Of a stretch of DNA of 64,000 nucleotides, positions 12,123 through 26,576 are shown one piece after another. The translations under genes and the position numbers were made by a program. Source of the stretch: the human T2T-CHM13v2.0 reference genome, Homo sapiens; NCBI RefSeq assembly GCF_009914755.1, contig NC_060930.1; one strand, written 5' to 3'. Each line of letters begins with the position of its first letter. Position 1 is the first letter of the stretch. The notes under the pieces were generated by a model. It was not told where the DNA came from. It was given only the letters and a program-made list of their open reading frames with translations, and did no database searches.

Positions 12123-12248
12123 TCAGAACTTGGCTTGCTTCAGTTTGTCAATGTGGTAGCAGAGTTTCAGTGCGGGTCCCAGCTTCAGGCCCAGGTACTT
12201 CATGACCATGTCACTCTTCAGCAACAGCAGAGCGTTGCCATCAATCTC
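12123..12248 (-). CDS. SCML4: SCML4 last coding exon, C-terminal part of SAM domain ([41 protein letters not shown])
   Basis: Acceptor cctatcccaccAG|GAG; TGA at 12125-12123; EIDG.ALLLL...[11 protein letters not shown] is the Scm/Ph SAM signature. Too short for the supplied ORF track; translated by hand. Confidence 0.97.
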   Translation of the reverse strand, partial: EIDGNALLLLKSDMVMKYLGLKLGPALKLCYHIDKLKQAKF

Positions 12249-13442
12249 CTGGTGGGATAGGATCAGAAGAAAGATAAACCCAGAAGATGGTCAGAGTCAT
12301 CGAACAGTGGCTAAGGTTAAGGTGTGGTCAAGGGGTGTGCTCAGGGCATATGGATTGATTTAGGCAGCATATTCTCTTGGTCCTGGGGCAAGGTCTTTTA
12401 AAATATTAAAGCAAACAAATACTGTGTTCTCCTCTCCCCATCATCTCCCTGGAGTCATTTGATACACGGGGTGTTTCATATTCCTGCCCTCCCCTCATAG
12501 AAGGAATCAAACACAACCTCATGTGTGTTCCCAATATCCCACTTAGGAAGTTTATCTCCTCATCCAAACTTGGCTAAAGGGGCAAAAACTGTCATCCATT
12601 AGAACCTGGAACTAGAGGGTCTTTCCATTCCAAACCTCCACCTATTGCCCTAATTTCTCATTTCTTAGTAGGCCCACCTACCTTTAGCTGATAACAAAGC
12701 AACTCATTCCACCTATGGAAGATTTCAGGTGTGTTTAGCCCTGTCTATTCCACTAGAAGGAATACACTAAAGAATGCCCCTGCTTCATCTCAGGGTTCAG
12801 CACAAAGAACTACTAAGAGGATGAGCCAGTCCTTGGAGGTTTGGTCCCGGTGTTGCTGCCATTGGTCATTGAAAATGGTCACCCTCCAGAATGCATGCGG
12901 AGTTCATGAACCTAGCAAGGCTGGGCTTCCATGGTCACCTTTAGTGCCATTTTCAGGTCACTGGAGACAAAGGGTAGAAATTTGAGGTGCTCAAGCAGGG
13001 AGAAAAGACATAGTTACAGGATTCATATAATGGTGCCAGGGTCACCAGCTCTCTCATTCATCTTCCCAGCCAGCCAGTATTGATGGAGCACCCACTCTGT
13101 GTCACTCTCCATGTCTTTGGCAAAATGGCAGTGGGCAAGGCTTACTTGTGGGCCACTCCCAGGAGCCTCATTTTGTACTGTCTTTTATTTCCCTCACCTC
13201 CTGGACTCCCACTGTCTCCTCCCACCCTGGAAGACAGCCAGACTCCCCCTGCCCAAATCTGTCCAAGCATAACCCACTCTGTGGTTCTTGGTCTTAAGTC
13301 CCCATTGTTAGGTGAGGTCAACATATGCCTAATAAAAGGCAAGTGCTGAGTTAGATGAGAATCCTCCTAAGATTGGAGAGCATGATTTCTATGACAGAAT
13401 CACCAAATAAAATAAGAAACAGGAAACAAAAATAATGGTCAC

Positions 13443-13975
13443 TGTGGAAGGTGGAATAATGCTCCTTCCCCTCCATGCACGACGTCTGGATTCTAGTCCC
13501 CAAACCTGTGAATGTCAAGTTACACGGTGAAGGGGAATTAAGGTTGCAGATGGGATTAAGCTTGCTAATCAGCTGACTTTAAAGTAGGGAGATTATCCCG
13601 GATTATGGGGCCAGGTGGGTGGGGGGAGTGGCGGCTGTGTAATCACAAAGCTCCTTAAACGTGGAAGAGGACATCAGCAGTGAGAACCAGGGATGGCAGC
13701 CCGAGCAGCCGAACAGGCCTCAGCTTGATGTTACAGGCTTTAAAGATGATGGCAGGGGGACAGGAGCCAAGGACTGATGGTGGATCTAGAAGCCAGAAAA
13801 GACAACCAAGCGGATTCTCCCTAGAACCTCCAGAAGGAAAGGCAGCCTTGCTGGCTGAGCCCACTGAGACCCATGCCAGGCTCCTGATCCCCAGAGTGGT
13901 AAGACAGAGAATGTATATTGTGTGAGGCAACTACGTTGGTGGTAATCTGTTACAGCACAATATAAAATGAGTACA
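13443..13975 (+). mobile_element. MaLR solo LTR (MLT1D-like)
   Basis: TGTGG start, gggagattatcc.ggattat and ttctccctagaacctccagaagga MLT1 motifs, TACA end. Confidence 0.75.
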
Positions 13976-13977
13976 GT

Positions 13978-14253
13978 GCCATGCGCGGTGGCTCACACCT
14001 GTCACCCCAGCACTTTGGGATGAGACCAGCCTGGCCAACATGGTGAAACCCAGTCTCTACTAAAAATACAAAAATTAGCTGGGCGTGGTGGTGGGTGCCT
14101 GTAATCCCAGCTGCTCGGGTGGGCTGAGGCACAAGAATTGCTTGAACTGGGAAGGCAGAGGCTGCAGTGAGCCGAGATTGAGATCGCACTACTGCATTCC
14201 AGCCTGGGCGACAGAATGAGACTCCGTCTCAAACAAAAACAAACAAAAACAAA
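13978..14253 (+). mobile_element. Alu SINE with internal deletion in the left arm
   Basis: Alu consensus with a cactttggga|tgagaccagc junction; A/C-rich tail. Confidence 0.92.
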
Positions 14254-14789
14254 ATGCATATAGTAAGCCTGGCAGGTAAATTATTGATTCTTATCTTTAA
14301 AAAAAATTACCATCTCTATATTTTAGCATATCTCAAAATCATTATAATGCTATCTGCTCAGTGAAGGCTATCCGAGTCAGGAACCGTGCTGAACACCTTT
14401 TGTGCATTTTCTTATTTAATCCTCGAAGTGGTTTAGGAACAGGTGCTACTGCGGTTTGCCTGGCATGTCGTTGGTGTGCTGTGAATGTTTGTTGCATTCA
14501 CAGACGGCTGGATGGGCAGGAAACAGGCACTCCTGACGAAGGCCAACATGAGAGAAGAGATGGGGCAAATATTCCTTTAAAAACAAATTAAGTGGTCATT
14601 CTGCTCTGAGGAGCCTGTGGTTGTACCTGTCCCTCTCATCTCTGGCTCCCTTGAGGGTGCCCCTAGGGCTTAGTTTAGAGCACCCCTCCACCACCTCCCC
14701 TGGCAGCATCCCGCAGCTCCCTGGACCTCACTCTCCTTCTGTGCCTGCTCCCTCAATCCCCCCCAAGGTCAAACCCACCACTCGCATAC

Positions 14790-14935
14790 GTGCTTTCTGA
14801 AGAGCTCCACGTGAGGCCCCAGAGCCTGTGGGTCGGCGTCCTTCACAAACCACACCACGTCCTCCACAGTCCAGGCGGAGGGGTTCCTGCTCCGTGGCCG
14901 CCTGGCATCCTGCGCATCCTGAGAAGGGCTTGAGG
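14790..14935 (-). CDS. SCML4: SCML4 coding exon, N-terminal part of SAM domain (ASSPSQDAQD...NPSAWTVEDVVWFVKDADPQALGPHVELFRKH), phase 1-0
   Basis: Acceptor gccccatccAG|CC, donor CAC|GTATGC; 146 nt; WTVEDV..F SAM helix-1 signature. Confidence 0.97.
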
Positions 14936-16569
14936 CTGGATGGGGCACAGAGAGGGAGACCATGAGCCAGTGGGACAGGGCCTTGCACCTACCTGGTGCT
15001 GCCTGCCCCCACCTAGCCTGGAAGGGGGATCCTCAGTGCCCATGAGTCCAAGGACCTGGCCCAAGTGACCTCCTGTCATAGGGAAAGGCTGTGAGTGGCA
15101 GCTCTATCAGCAGCCCAGAGTGCAGAAGGCCACTCCTAGATATATTACCCTCCCCATGTATGCCAAAGCTCTCTGCTCTCCCAGGAGAGGAAGCACTAGA
15201 CAGTGGATTCCCTTCAACAGGCTGGAATTCCCACCCTAGTTGGAGTTTTCAAGACTCTCCTGCTCAGTTCTTTCTCGGCGGGCCCAGGGCCTCCTGAGCC
15301 TGGGTACTTGGTGACCAGGGCAAGTGTGCTAAGATGAGTGCCCAAATGAGCCTCATCGCGTCAGTGAGGCCAGTGACTTGGGGTCCTTTCTGCCTCCATG
15401 GCCTTCACACTGAGAGGATAGAGGCATGGCAGAATTGAGGTGGCTTTTCGTTCTTCTCCACGGTCTCTGCAGAATGCAAGTCTGCCTCAGCATCTTCAGA
15501 GCCATCCCTGGTCACACATGCAGAAAGAAGATGTCCCCTCACTCACTGCCCCAGGTACACATTGAGTCCTTGCACGGCCCTCTGGGGCTGTCAGAGCATT
15601 TGCCTGGGTCTCCCCCACTACACTGTGAACTCCCTGACCGCAAAGGGCCTAACCTATATCTGGTCCATAGCTGCTTCCTGGGAAATGGTTGCATAGGGCA
15701 TTTCCCATGCAGCAGGTGAAAAGGCTCAGGACAGTGAAGGAGGAAGACAGCAATGAGTTCAATGGCCGGCAATATTTAGGGTTGATTTTTTGTGTGTGTA
15801 TGTCCCAGACTAATTCATCCTCTTTCCCTAGAGCCAGCTCCTCTTCCTATCTCCCCCATTTTAGGAACCCACCTCTTTGTCCTCCCCTTTTTGTGTTTCC
15901 CACATTTAATTATTCTGAAGCTCTTGGGAGAATGCCTCTGATGCTGATGCCCTTCCACCCCTGCTGCCCCAGCCCCAGAGCCTGCCACCTAACCCCCTGC
16001 CATGGGTTCCTAATGGGTATTTTTGGGCCATGTCCTTTTCTTCCTACTGCCTACAACTGCCGCTGCCTCACATTCTCCCTAAGACCCATCTCCCAATGGG
16101 TCTCCCTTACCAACACACTGAGTCTTCATTCTACCTCAAGGTCAAGGGCTCTCTTGGTCTTAATAATATTTTTCCTTCTTAATGGAGGGGGAGAAGAGCT
16201 CTGGTGCCAGAGAGACCTAGGGACAGATCCTGGAGCTGCCCCTTGCTGGTGATTGGACCAGGATGTAGCTCATCGTGTGTGAAATGGCAGTGCTTTCTAC
16301 CTGGAGGGGCAGGTGTAAGGATGGAAATGGGATAGTGCCCTGCCCCGAGGCTGACCTATGTCAGGTGCTCCGCCAAGGGCGGGAGCCTCCCTACCTTCCC
16401 CACATCCCTGCTCTCCTGTGCACCACCTGTCTGTCTGGGTACACTTGTTGTGACCGACCGAATGTCTCCCCAGCTTCCTTCCTCTGCCTGTGGCTGGTGC
16501 TTTGACTTCAACCTAGAAGGCATTCACCCTCTCTCCTTCCCACTCATGTTCCACCTGATGCCTTCGTGA

Positions 16570-16932
<363 letters not shown>

Positions 16933-17205
16933 TTCCTACCCCTTTATTCCTACATCTTTATTTGTTCATCTATCTCTTAAGGTGCTTTCACATTCCACTT
17001 TGTAGTACAATTATTTATGAACTTCTCTATAACCTCTAGTTAGATTTTTATTTCCTAAGGATTCCTCCCACTCACTCCACAAACATTGATTGAGCACCTT
17101 TTCTGTACCAGGTGCTAGGTGAAGCATTTGATGAAAAATACAAATGTGATCCTCTCATGACAGGGGTTATAATCATTGACTCCTCCATGGCTCAGAGTAC
17201 ATATA

Positions 17206-17483
17206 CAGTCATGCACCGCCTAAGGACGGTGGTCCCATAAGATGATAATGATTCTAGTTCCTATCGCCTAGTGATTTGTGTTGCAATTTTCTCCAGTATT
17301 CAGTACAGTAACATGCTGTACAGGTTTGTAGCCTAAAAGCAATAGGCTATACCACACCGCCTAGGTGTGTAGTAGACTATACCATCTAGGTTTGTGCAAG
17401 TACAACCTATGATTTTCACACAACATTGAAATGACCTAAGGATGCATTTCCCAGAATGTATCCCACTGAGTGACGCATGACTG
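17206..17483 (+). mobile_element. Tigger3a/MER7-like non-autonomous TcMar DNA transposon
   Basis: Terminal inverted repeats CAGTCATGC...GCATGACTG, TA on the left flank, Tigger3-like internal sequence. Confidence 0.85.
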
Positions 17484-19798
17484 TGTTTATAAATAGGACT
17501 TGATAAATGTGAGATGAATCAATATACTCTGCAGACACAGTCTCGGTAACTTATACAAAAGCCTGTGTGTGTAATCTTTACTTCTATTTTAAGGCTAGAA
17601 AAAAGACAAGGCTCTGAACAATGAAGCGGCTTTCCTACAGAAGAATTCTAGTTAGAAGTTGAGAAGCCTTCACTTTATTTCCCTTCTTTAGATCTCGGGG
17701 CACAGTGGCTTTCTGCTGTCTCTGTCTCCTTCCTCCTTTTAATGTGCCTGAGACGTGCATGCTGCTCCATTAGCACTGAGGAGAATACAGCATCACATTT
17801 CTGCGTCTGTCCTAAACACATAATGGTTTGGCTGAGAATTGGATTGACTTTGAGATTTTCCCTGCCTCTTCCTTGTGGGACCTGGAAGGGTCCCATAAGG
17901 CGGTTTGGCACAGGGCATTTTTCTGGGAATCTGTTAATGCACCCTGGAGCCATCTGAATGCTGATCCACGCTTATTAAAGATGATTTCACTCCATTTAAA
18001 GACATCTGCACTCAACATGGGGACGAGGAATCACGGAAATCACATTGCCTTTGGATCCTGCCCCATCAGAACATTGGCGTTAATCAGGGTGAAAATAGAT
18101 GCTCTGATTACAAAGGCTGGAAGTCTTTAGTGCCAAGAATAATTTTAGAGTGATCAGAGCAGAGGTCAAATCTAATTTCCTGCATTTGACAGGAAGCGGG
18201 GAAAACCCAGACCAATTAACAGCATCATTCACAGGAACCTAGAGTCCTTTGAGCTAGGTCAGGGAAACACTTTCCCTTCAACTACAGTGTTGAAGGGCTG
18301 AGCCAGGTGGCTGGTTTGTCTTTAAGGAGGAGGCTCTCAGGACGATTGCTGTGGAGGGAAAGAGATAACTGAGATGGCAAAGTGGGCTCTGTTCCTGGTA
18401 CCTAGGGCTTGCTGTGGGCACTTTTCACTTTTCCAGGATGGAGCAGAGGCAGCAGGGGCCTGGCTCGGGCGTGTTTCTTAGGGGGCCTTTTAGTCATACA
18501 AGACAGAGGGCAGCAGGCAGCCTAAGTCACACCTCGGGAGCTGCTCCTGATCCAAAGCACATAGATTCGCCTTAGAAAGGAAGAAAAATGGAGCTTTCCA
18601 GTGGCAGGTTTGCAGAGCCTCACAGTGGTCTGTGCTCACAAAAATAATAAATACACTAGCCACTCCCTCTCCAGCTGCGGCGAAGGTGTCAGGAAGACAG
18701 ATGCGTGGAGCCTGGTGCAGCTGCAGCAGGCAGATGTGATAGATCAACAGTAAGACATGATGGATGTGGAAAAGTCTTGCTCCTAAGCAGACAGAGCATG
18801 CCAAGAAGCACTGGCCAGACACCTTTGTGAGCAGGCAGAGTTCTCCAATGAGGACATCGTGCTTGGTCTTGTCATTCCCTGCCAGAGGCATGTGAAAAGT
18901 GAAACCTAGTTATGAATGGATTAAATATGCTTGTTTCTAAAGCTGAACTCACATTTACCAGAGCTAGGATGACTATGAGTCAGTGTTTCAAAGCAATCCC
19001 GATTCTCACAGCACAGGTACTTGCACACTCTCTGTGAATCTCCCTCTGCCTTACACATGCCCATGAGCACATCCATACGTACGTAATTTCCTTTCACTCA
19101 TTCATAATTCAGGAGAAACTCTTTAGCTAACAACAGAGTCATGTGGAGGAGCGGAATTAGCAGTGAGCTGGGAGTCAGAAACCCCTGCCACCCACCAGCC
19201 ATGTGATCGACTCTCTGCTTCTCTGTTGTAAAATAAAAGGGCTTGATCTCTAAGCCCCTGCCAGCCCCTTATGACACTGTGTAACCCCTCCCACCTCAGG
19301 CTGTTCCCACTAAGGGAGTCACTTCCTCCCACAGCTGAAGGCTGCATCAGTGTGTCCACATGCAAAACACACCGAGTGCAGCCACAGCCAGGCTTCCCGT
19401 CCCTCCTGGGCTCTGATCATTCTCTAAGGACCTCATTGTCTACATCTATAAATTGTGAATATTATTTGCTGCTTCTTAAGAATATTTTAAGAATCAAGAG
19501 AATGTGTCTCAGGGCTGGAGCCTGACCATAAGAATCTTAAAGACAGGAAGGTCATTGTCTCCGACAGGGACCCCTGTGTCCTCAGGCTGCCTGTGAGCTG
19601 CCCAGGCCCTCTTGGTTTCTGGCACCTGGAACTGGGTTGGGAGGACCGGGGCTGGCAAGGGGAAGGGGAGGGAGATCTGTTCTCAGCATCTCCAAGTGAC
19701 CTGCTCCCACTAGATGCATCCTTTCTAGATACAATGCCATATCAAATGTGTGACGTGCCCAGGTTAGCCCACGATTATGGCAAAATCACATGGCTTGA

Positions 19799-20023
<225 letters not shown>

Positions 20024-20721
20024 TAATCAGATTTTTCTTTTCAATTATTTGAGACCAGCTGGCCTGCCTGTGTGAGGAGAGAGCATGTCTCTAGAAACAA
20101 GGAGAGACCATGGGCTTGAAGTCAAGCTGAGCTGAGCTAGATTCCTTCTTGGCCACCAGAAGACACTGTGACCTCCTAGCAAGCACTGTTACCTCTGCTG
20201 GGAAGCCTCCAGCCATCCCTCCTCCCTGCTGACCCTCCCTGGTTGTCTTTCCTCCTGCTTATTCCAGCCAGCTCCACTGCCCCTTCTCTGGGAAGCCTTT
20301 CCAGACTCCGAAGGGTAGGCTCAGCCACTCCCTCCCCATCTGATTCTCCCACAGCATCCACACTTCTCCCTGATAGCAATCATCACAACTGTAATGAAAT
20401 TAGTGTAATAATTTGTTGACATTTGTCTCCCTGGAGTTGCAAACCCTCAGAGAACAGGGCCGGTGTCCATCTTGTTCACAGCTCTGTCCTCAGATGTGAG
20501 AAGAGCCCCTGGCACACTGTGCCCAGGAAGTCTCTGCTGGCTAGGACCAACCAAAACCTGAGTCTTAACTGCCTGCTCTATAAAACACCTCGTTGAGCTG
20601 TTGCAAGGATTAAATGGCATAATGTTGTAAAGCATTAAACAGGATTACTCATTAGGTAGTTGCTGTTCTTCTTATTATGATGATGTCATTCCATAAATGG
20701 CCAGTAGATTTGTTTTCCTAA

Positions 20722-21172
<451 letters not shown>

Positions 21173-22629
21173 TAATCAGCTCTTGCCATGCTTTTGTCCG
21201 CTTCACCTCCTCACATACAATGCTGTTCTCATTCTTCTTTTTCTAGCTAAATTGTCTCCATCCCTCACCCAATGCCAGGCCCTATCAAATAAAAATCCAA
21301 CCACAGGAGGCATTTGGGTTGTAATAGCAATATCAGATTGACTTCGTTTCTTGATTCTGAATCTTGGACCTAGTTGTGGTTGGGAATTCTACAGTGTGTC
21401 TTGTTAAATGCCCAAGTCAGGAAGCTTTTGTTATCCAAAACCTCTTTATAGCTCTTGGTGATTATATCTTGGATGAGAGACAAGGAAGAGCTCTCAAACT
21501 TTCACCAGAGCATCAGCAGACACCAGGAAAATGTGCCCTGTGAACACATCCCCTTGGAGCCCACTGGCAGCGGAGACAGACGTGATATATCACAACTGCA
21601 GGAAGCTAAAGGTAAGTACCGCCAGAGAGAGAAGGCTGAGGAGTTTGTCAAGTCATCAATACCCACCCTTCTGCCTGCAGCCTCATGCAGTTTTCTGGCT
21701 TTTGTGGTTTTAAACCATTTTGATTAGTACCATGGGGAAAATGCCATTTCTAAGTCTCTTCCATGGTTTATGACTTGGGTCAAACTCCCTTAAAGAGGTA
21801 TGGTTTTTTTGATGATAACTGCTTTTTACTTGGGATGGAACTTCAGAGCAATATTGAACAGTCATTTGGGTGGGAGGGTGGGGTGTGGGGGGACCCACAG
21901 CAGGCACTAGGCTGACAGCTAGGTGAGAAATGGGTGAGGACGCTGGCGGTTTCTCTCCCACTTTAACATCCTGCCACTCAAGTCAGCATGGTTTTTATCT
22001 CCATGGTTTCCAAACATTTTTAGTTGTGCAAATTTTGTTTAAGCAAAGCACATATAGAACCCCACTCTGCAAATGTGAAAAGGCCCTGCTTAAAGAGAGG
22101 GAGGGCACCTGGAGTCCTGTCTGCTCTTGTTCCATCTTCTCCATCTCTTAGAACCTTGAAAGCCATCAGGCATGATTTGAAAACCCCTGGGGTTGTTTTG
22201 AAAGACAGGCTTTGGAGCCCACTGAAGTCAGATCCTGGCTTAACACTTGATTTACCTTCTCTTGAACCTCTTTTTCTTTATCTTTAAATCAAATATACCA
22301 ATACCTTTTTATAAATATTAAATCCTAAACATATAACTTATAATAAGTCGGAAACTGTCTGGCCCCCTTGAGTGTAGGTGTTCAATAAATAACAGTCTGA
22401 TACAGGCCTCAAGCCCCCCTTTGCCAGGGCTGTGGGGGGTTCAAATATGAATAAGAGGCTTCACAAAGCTGAGGGTCTCTTCCTTTCTCTAGGATAGAGT
22501 AAGAACTATAGATGAGGAAACAAAGTGCCATGGGAGGGAAAAGGAGGGAGTGAGCATTTCTGATCAGACTTCCCATTGCCTACTCAGCGTTACTTTGCAC
22601 TTCTTCCTCTGTAATAGCAGCCCTAACTT

Positions 22630-22830
22630 CCATCTGGAATCATGGTTGCTAGGAATGAAAACCACATTTCCCAGCATCCCTTGCAGCAAGTGGCCATGTG
22701 ACTACATTTTGGTCAATGAAATGTAAGCAGAAACGGAAACCTCTTTCAGAGACACTGGTGCTATCCTTCCTTCCGTCTTCTCCCCACCCACTTCCTCTGT
22801 CTCACTGCTGAGAATGTGCATGGCTGACTG
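22630..22830. mobile_element. Old ERVL LTR fragment (LTR33-like)
   Basis: cacatttcccagcatcccttgcagc...ggccatgtgactac..ggtcaatgaaatgtaagcagaa motif; boundaries approximate. Confidence 0.5.
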
Positions 22831-22896
22831 GCTGTTTCTGGTACCTGCGGTTTTATTTAGCACCCTGAGGAAGGCACTGGTTAAAAGGAATCTTTC

Positions 22897-23181
22897 GGCT
22901 GGGCGGGGTGGCTCACGCCTGTGGTCCCAGCACTTTGGGAGGCCGAGGCAGGCAGATCACGAGGTCAGGAGATCGAGACCATCCTGGCTAACACTGTGAA
23001 ACCCCATCTCTACTAAAAATACAAAAAAAAAAAAAAAAAAAAAATAGCCAGGCGTGGTGGCGGGCACCTGTAGTCCCAGCTACTCAGGAGGCTGAGGCAG
23101 GAGAATGGCATGAACCCAAGAGGCAGAGCTTGCAGCCTGGGTGACAGAGCGAGACTCTGTCTCAAAAAAAAAAAAAAAAAA
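22897..23181 (+). mobile_element. AluY-like SINE with expanded central A tract and right-arm deletion
   Basis: gatcgagaccatcctggctaac diagnostic; long central A run; ttgcag|cctggg deletion junction; TSD aaaaggaatctt. Confidence 0.94.
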
Positions 23182-23413
23182 GGAATCTTCGGAGAATTAA
23201 AGTGTTAACAGACCTACAAAGGATGAATAATTTCATTTTTCTTCAGTGTATCACAAAGGCTCAACAGTGAACTTCAACTGATACATCACATAGCAGCTTT
23301 TCTCCAAAGAGGTTAGGTGGCTTTGTGATTTTAAACATCCCACAGTCCCGTGGTGGGGGTCCTGCTGATTATGGACAACTGGATTTCAGGGTCTCAGGCA
23401 AAGTTCTCTCTAA

Positions 23414-23743
<330 letters not shown>

Positions 23744-24002
23744 TAAAAAGACAGCCAGGATTCAGGGTTCAGGTATTGATGTTCTTGGGATGAAAGGCAG
23801 CAGGCACAGGTGGACTCCATGTCTCTGATCTCATCCCAGATCCTGACAGGCAGAAGGGCCTGAGCTAGGGGGCCTCTCCTGGGGTGCAACCAGGCTCCAG
23901 CAGAGAGGCTTTCTCAGAGCTGGAGCCTGAGGAAGGGTCTGGGCTGCCCCTCGGCCAGTTGTCTGGCAAGATTACTCAGACTGTCAGGGCCTGATTCCAG
24001 GA

Positions 24003-24353
24003 TGATATGAGTTAGCTCTGTGTCCCCACCCAAATCTCACCTTGAATTGTAATAATCCCCATGTGTCAAGGATGGAGCCAGGTGGAGATAATTGAATCAT
24101 GGGTTTGGTTCCCCCATTCTGTTCCTGTGGTAGCCAGTAAGTCTCACGACATCTGATGGTCTTATAAAGGGGAGTTCCCTTGCACAAGCCCTCTTACCTG
24201 TCACCATGTAAGACGTGCCTTTGCTTTCCCTTTGCCTTCTGCCATGATTGTGAGGCCTCCCCAGCCATGTGGAACTGTGAGTCCATTAAGCGTCTTTCCT
24301 TTACAAATTACCCAGTTTCGGGTATGTCTTTATTAGCAGAACAGACTCATACA
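24003..24353 (+). mobile_element. MaLR solo LTR (THE1B-like)
   Basis: TGATATG...ATACA termini, perfect 5-bp TSD CAGGA (23998-24002, 24354-24358), THE1 consensus. Confidence 0.92.
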
Positions 24354-25499
24354 CAGGAGAACAAAGGGCCGGTATGGGGATGAAAGTGAAGGACAGGAGG
24401 ACATCCTAGGGCTCAACTGGAAGGAGGTGTGAGGGGCTGGGGGACAGGAGCTATGCTGAAGCCCTCTGAAGAGCCCTGGATTCCCTGGCCCTGGGTCACC
24501 AGTTGGACTGAACAGGGCAGACTGTTGTTGAGTGAGTGATAGAAGTTCTCTCCAACCAAATCATGCCTCCCTCTTACTGCTGGAAATCCTGCATTTAAGA
24601 CATAGGGCTGAGATTGCACCAACGTGAGTGGGAGAGAGAGTAAATATCTCCTTTTTAAAAAGTGGGACTCTGGGATTATGAGTCAATTCAATCAGCATGG
24701 TGTCCTGTGATCACCACCCTGAGAAAAGGGGAATGGGGCTGAGGAGAAGAGGATGAGAGAAAGACATTTAAACTCAAGAGGGACATAAGGATGAGTGTTT
24801 TGACAAGAAGACAAAGGGACACCATGAGGGCACAGACATGATGCATGTTTATTGAACACCTACCACATGCCAGATATTAAGCTAACACTGGGGACAAACC
24901 TATGAAATCAAGGCTGCCCCTGGTTTACTTTACAGTGTTGGTTCGTGAAAGATCTTGTCCCTTTCTCTTGTTCTTAGGAATCAAATGGAACAATGTTGCT
25001 CTCCTTTGGAAAATAGGGCTCTGCTCACTTAATCTGCCTGGCTCATGGCCCTGTGTGACAGTGTTGGAAAGTGGCCTGCAGGGCATCTCTACATTTGGTA
25101 AGAGCTGCTGTGGAGAGAGAATCTGCGCTCTACCCCTCAGAACGCCTCTCCGGCAAGGGGCCCCTTCTCACCTCTCCATCCTTGGCCAGGGGAAGCTGGT
25201 CAGGGCCACGCTCATCTGGGTTGGATGAGGCTCTTGGAAGAGAATGTGTGGAGGGTCTTGAATCATACAAAATAGCTCACGTGTGCGGCTTGCTGGGGTC
25301 ACTGGTGGAAGGAACCTAGGCTCAGGGGAGAAATGTGACTTGCCACAGAAGACAGAGCCTGCCCACTGAGGGGCTACAGGGTGGCAAGATGAAGACTCCC
25401 AGACTCCTTGGCCTGGGGCCTTCTTTCTTCAGCAGTTCTCAGCTGTGGAGCTGATGGGCTGTGATCTGTTAAGGGATGTGTTAAAAAGATCTATGCTGT

Positions 25500-25740
25500 A
25501 ACTACTAACATTTATTGAGCTCTTATTACCTCCTAGGTCTTGTACTAAATGCATGTATGAACTCATTTAATCCTCCCAACAATCCTATGAGGCAGGTGCT
25601 GCCATTATTATTATCACAATTTTATAGGTGAGGAAACTGAAGCACAGGTAAGTTAAGACTTGCAAAAGGTAGGCAGGAAGCAGCAGATCCAGCATCTCAG
25701 CCCAGGCTGTCTGGCTCTAGTCCCAGTGATTATCCACTAT
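25500..25740 (-). mobile_element. MIR SINE
   Basis: catttaatcctcccaacaatcctatgagg...ggtgaggaaactgaagcacagg MIR core. Confidence 0.8.
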
Positions 25741-26009
25741 ACTCTATGGCCTTTAGGCACTATCAAAATACTGAAGCTTGAAAATGATTTTTTAAAACAT
25801 CAATCAGAAGGGCCTTCAAGCTATTACTATAATCCTTTAGCCCTTATAGCGCTTTTGTAGACTGCATTCCAACAAGCTTTCTTTAGTGGATGAGACAGAA
25901 GTGGCATTACAACCAGCATTGGGGGAATTTTGCCTAACTCTGCCTCTGCTCATGTATTTGTATCCTGAAGGTGACACTTCCTATGCAAGAGACAATTCTT
26001 TACCAAGGT

Positions 26010-26376
26010 CTGGTTCTCCTTTCTCCTGGGCAGAGCTAACCTACAGCTTCCAGAGTCCCTTATGGTTAAGTGTGGCAAAATGACCAGCTTTTGCCAATGA
26101 GATGTGAGTGGAAGTGATGAGCATCACTTTCAGATTGCAGGGAAGCACCTGTGTCTTCTCCACACCTTCTTTCCCTTTCTATTCCCTAATGCATGGGGCA
26201 TGAAGGCTGTAGAGGGTGGCAGAGCCACAAAATAGATGGAGCCTATGTCCCTATATTGAGATGCATCCATGAATCAGGAACATTCACCTTTGGCTCTCGA
26301 ACAAAAATTTCTATGGTATTTGAGCCTGTGTACATTTTGGAGTCTATGTATCCTGTGGCCTAGCCTGCCCTAATAC
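26010..26376. mobile_element. Old ERVL LTR (LTR16-like)
   Basis: tttgccaatgagatgtgagtggaagtgatg motif and ...cctaataca end; approximate. Confidence 0.5.
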
Positions 26377-26576
26377 ACGATTTTCTTTGCTTATCAAAGG
26401 TTGAGTTTGGCTGTTTTTGAGAACCTCAAGATCCATGAAAGGACTTGTGGAAATTTCTGATCTCCCAGCATTCCCACGTTTAAACAGCCACACTCCCCCT
26501 TCCCCAGATGCTGTGCTCCCCGCGCAAGGGCAAGGGATGTTAAGTCAGTGGGAAGCTGATGCATGCATTACATTAC

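Noticed and set aside
15689-16252. 187-aa plus-strand ORF
   Set aside because: Pyrimidine-rich intronic sequence with a non-ATG start and no homology I recognise.
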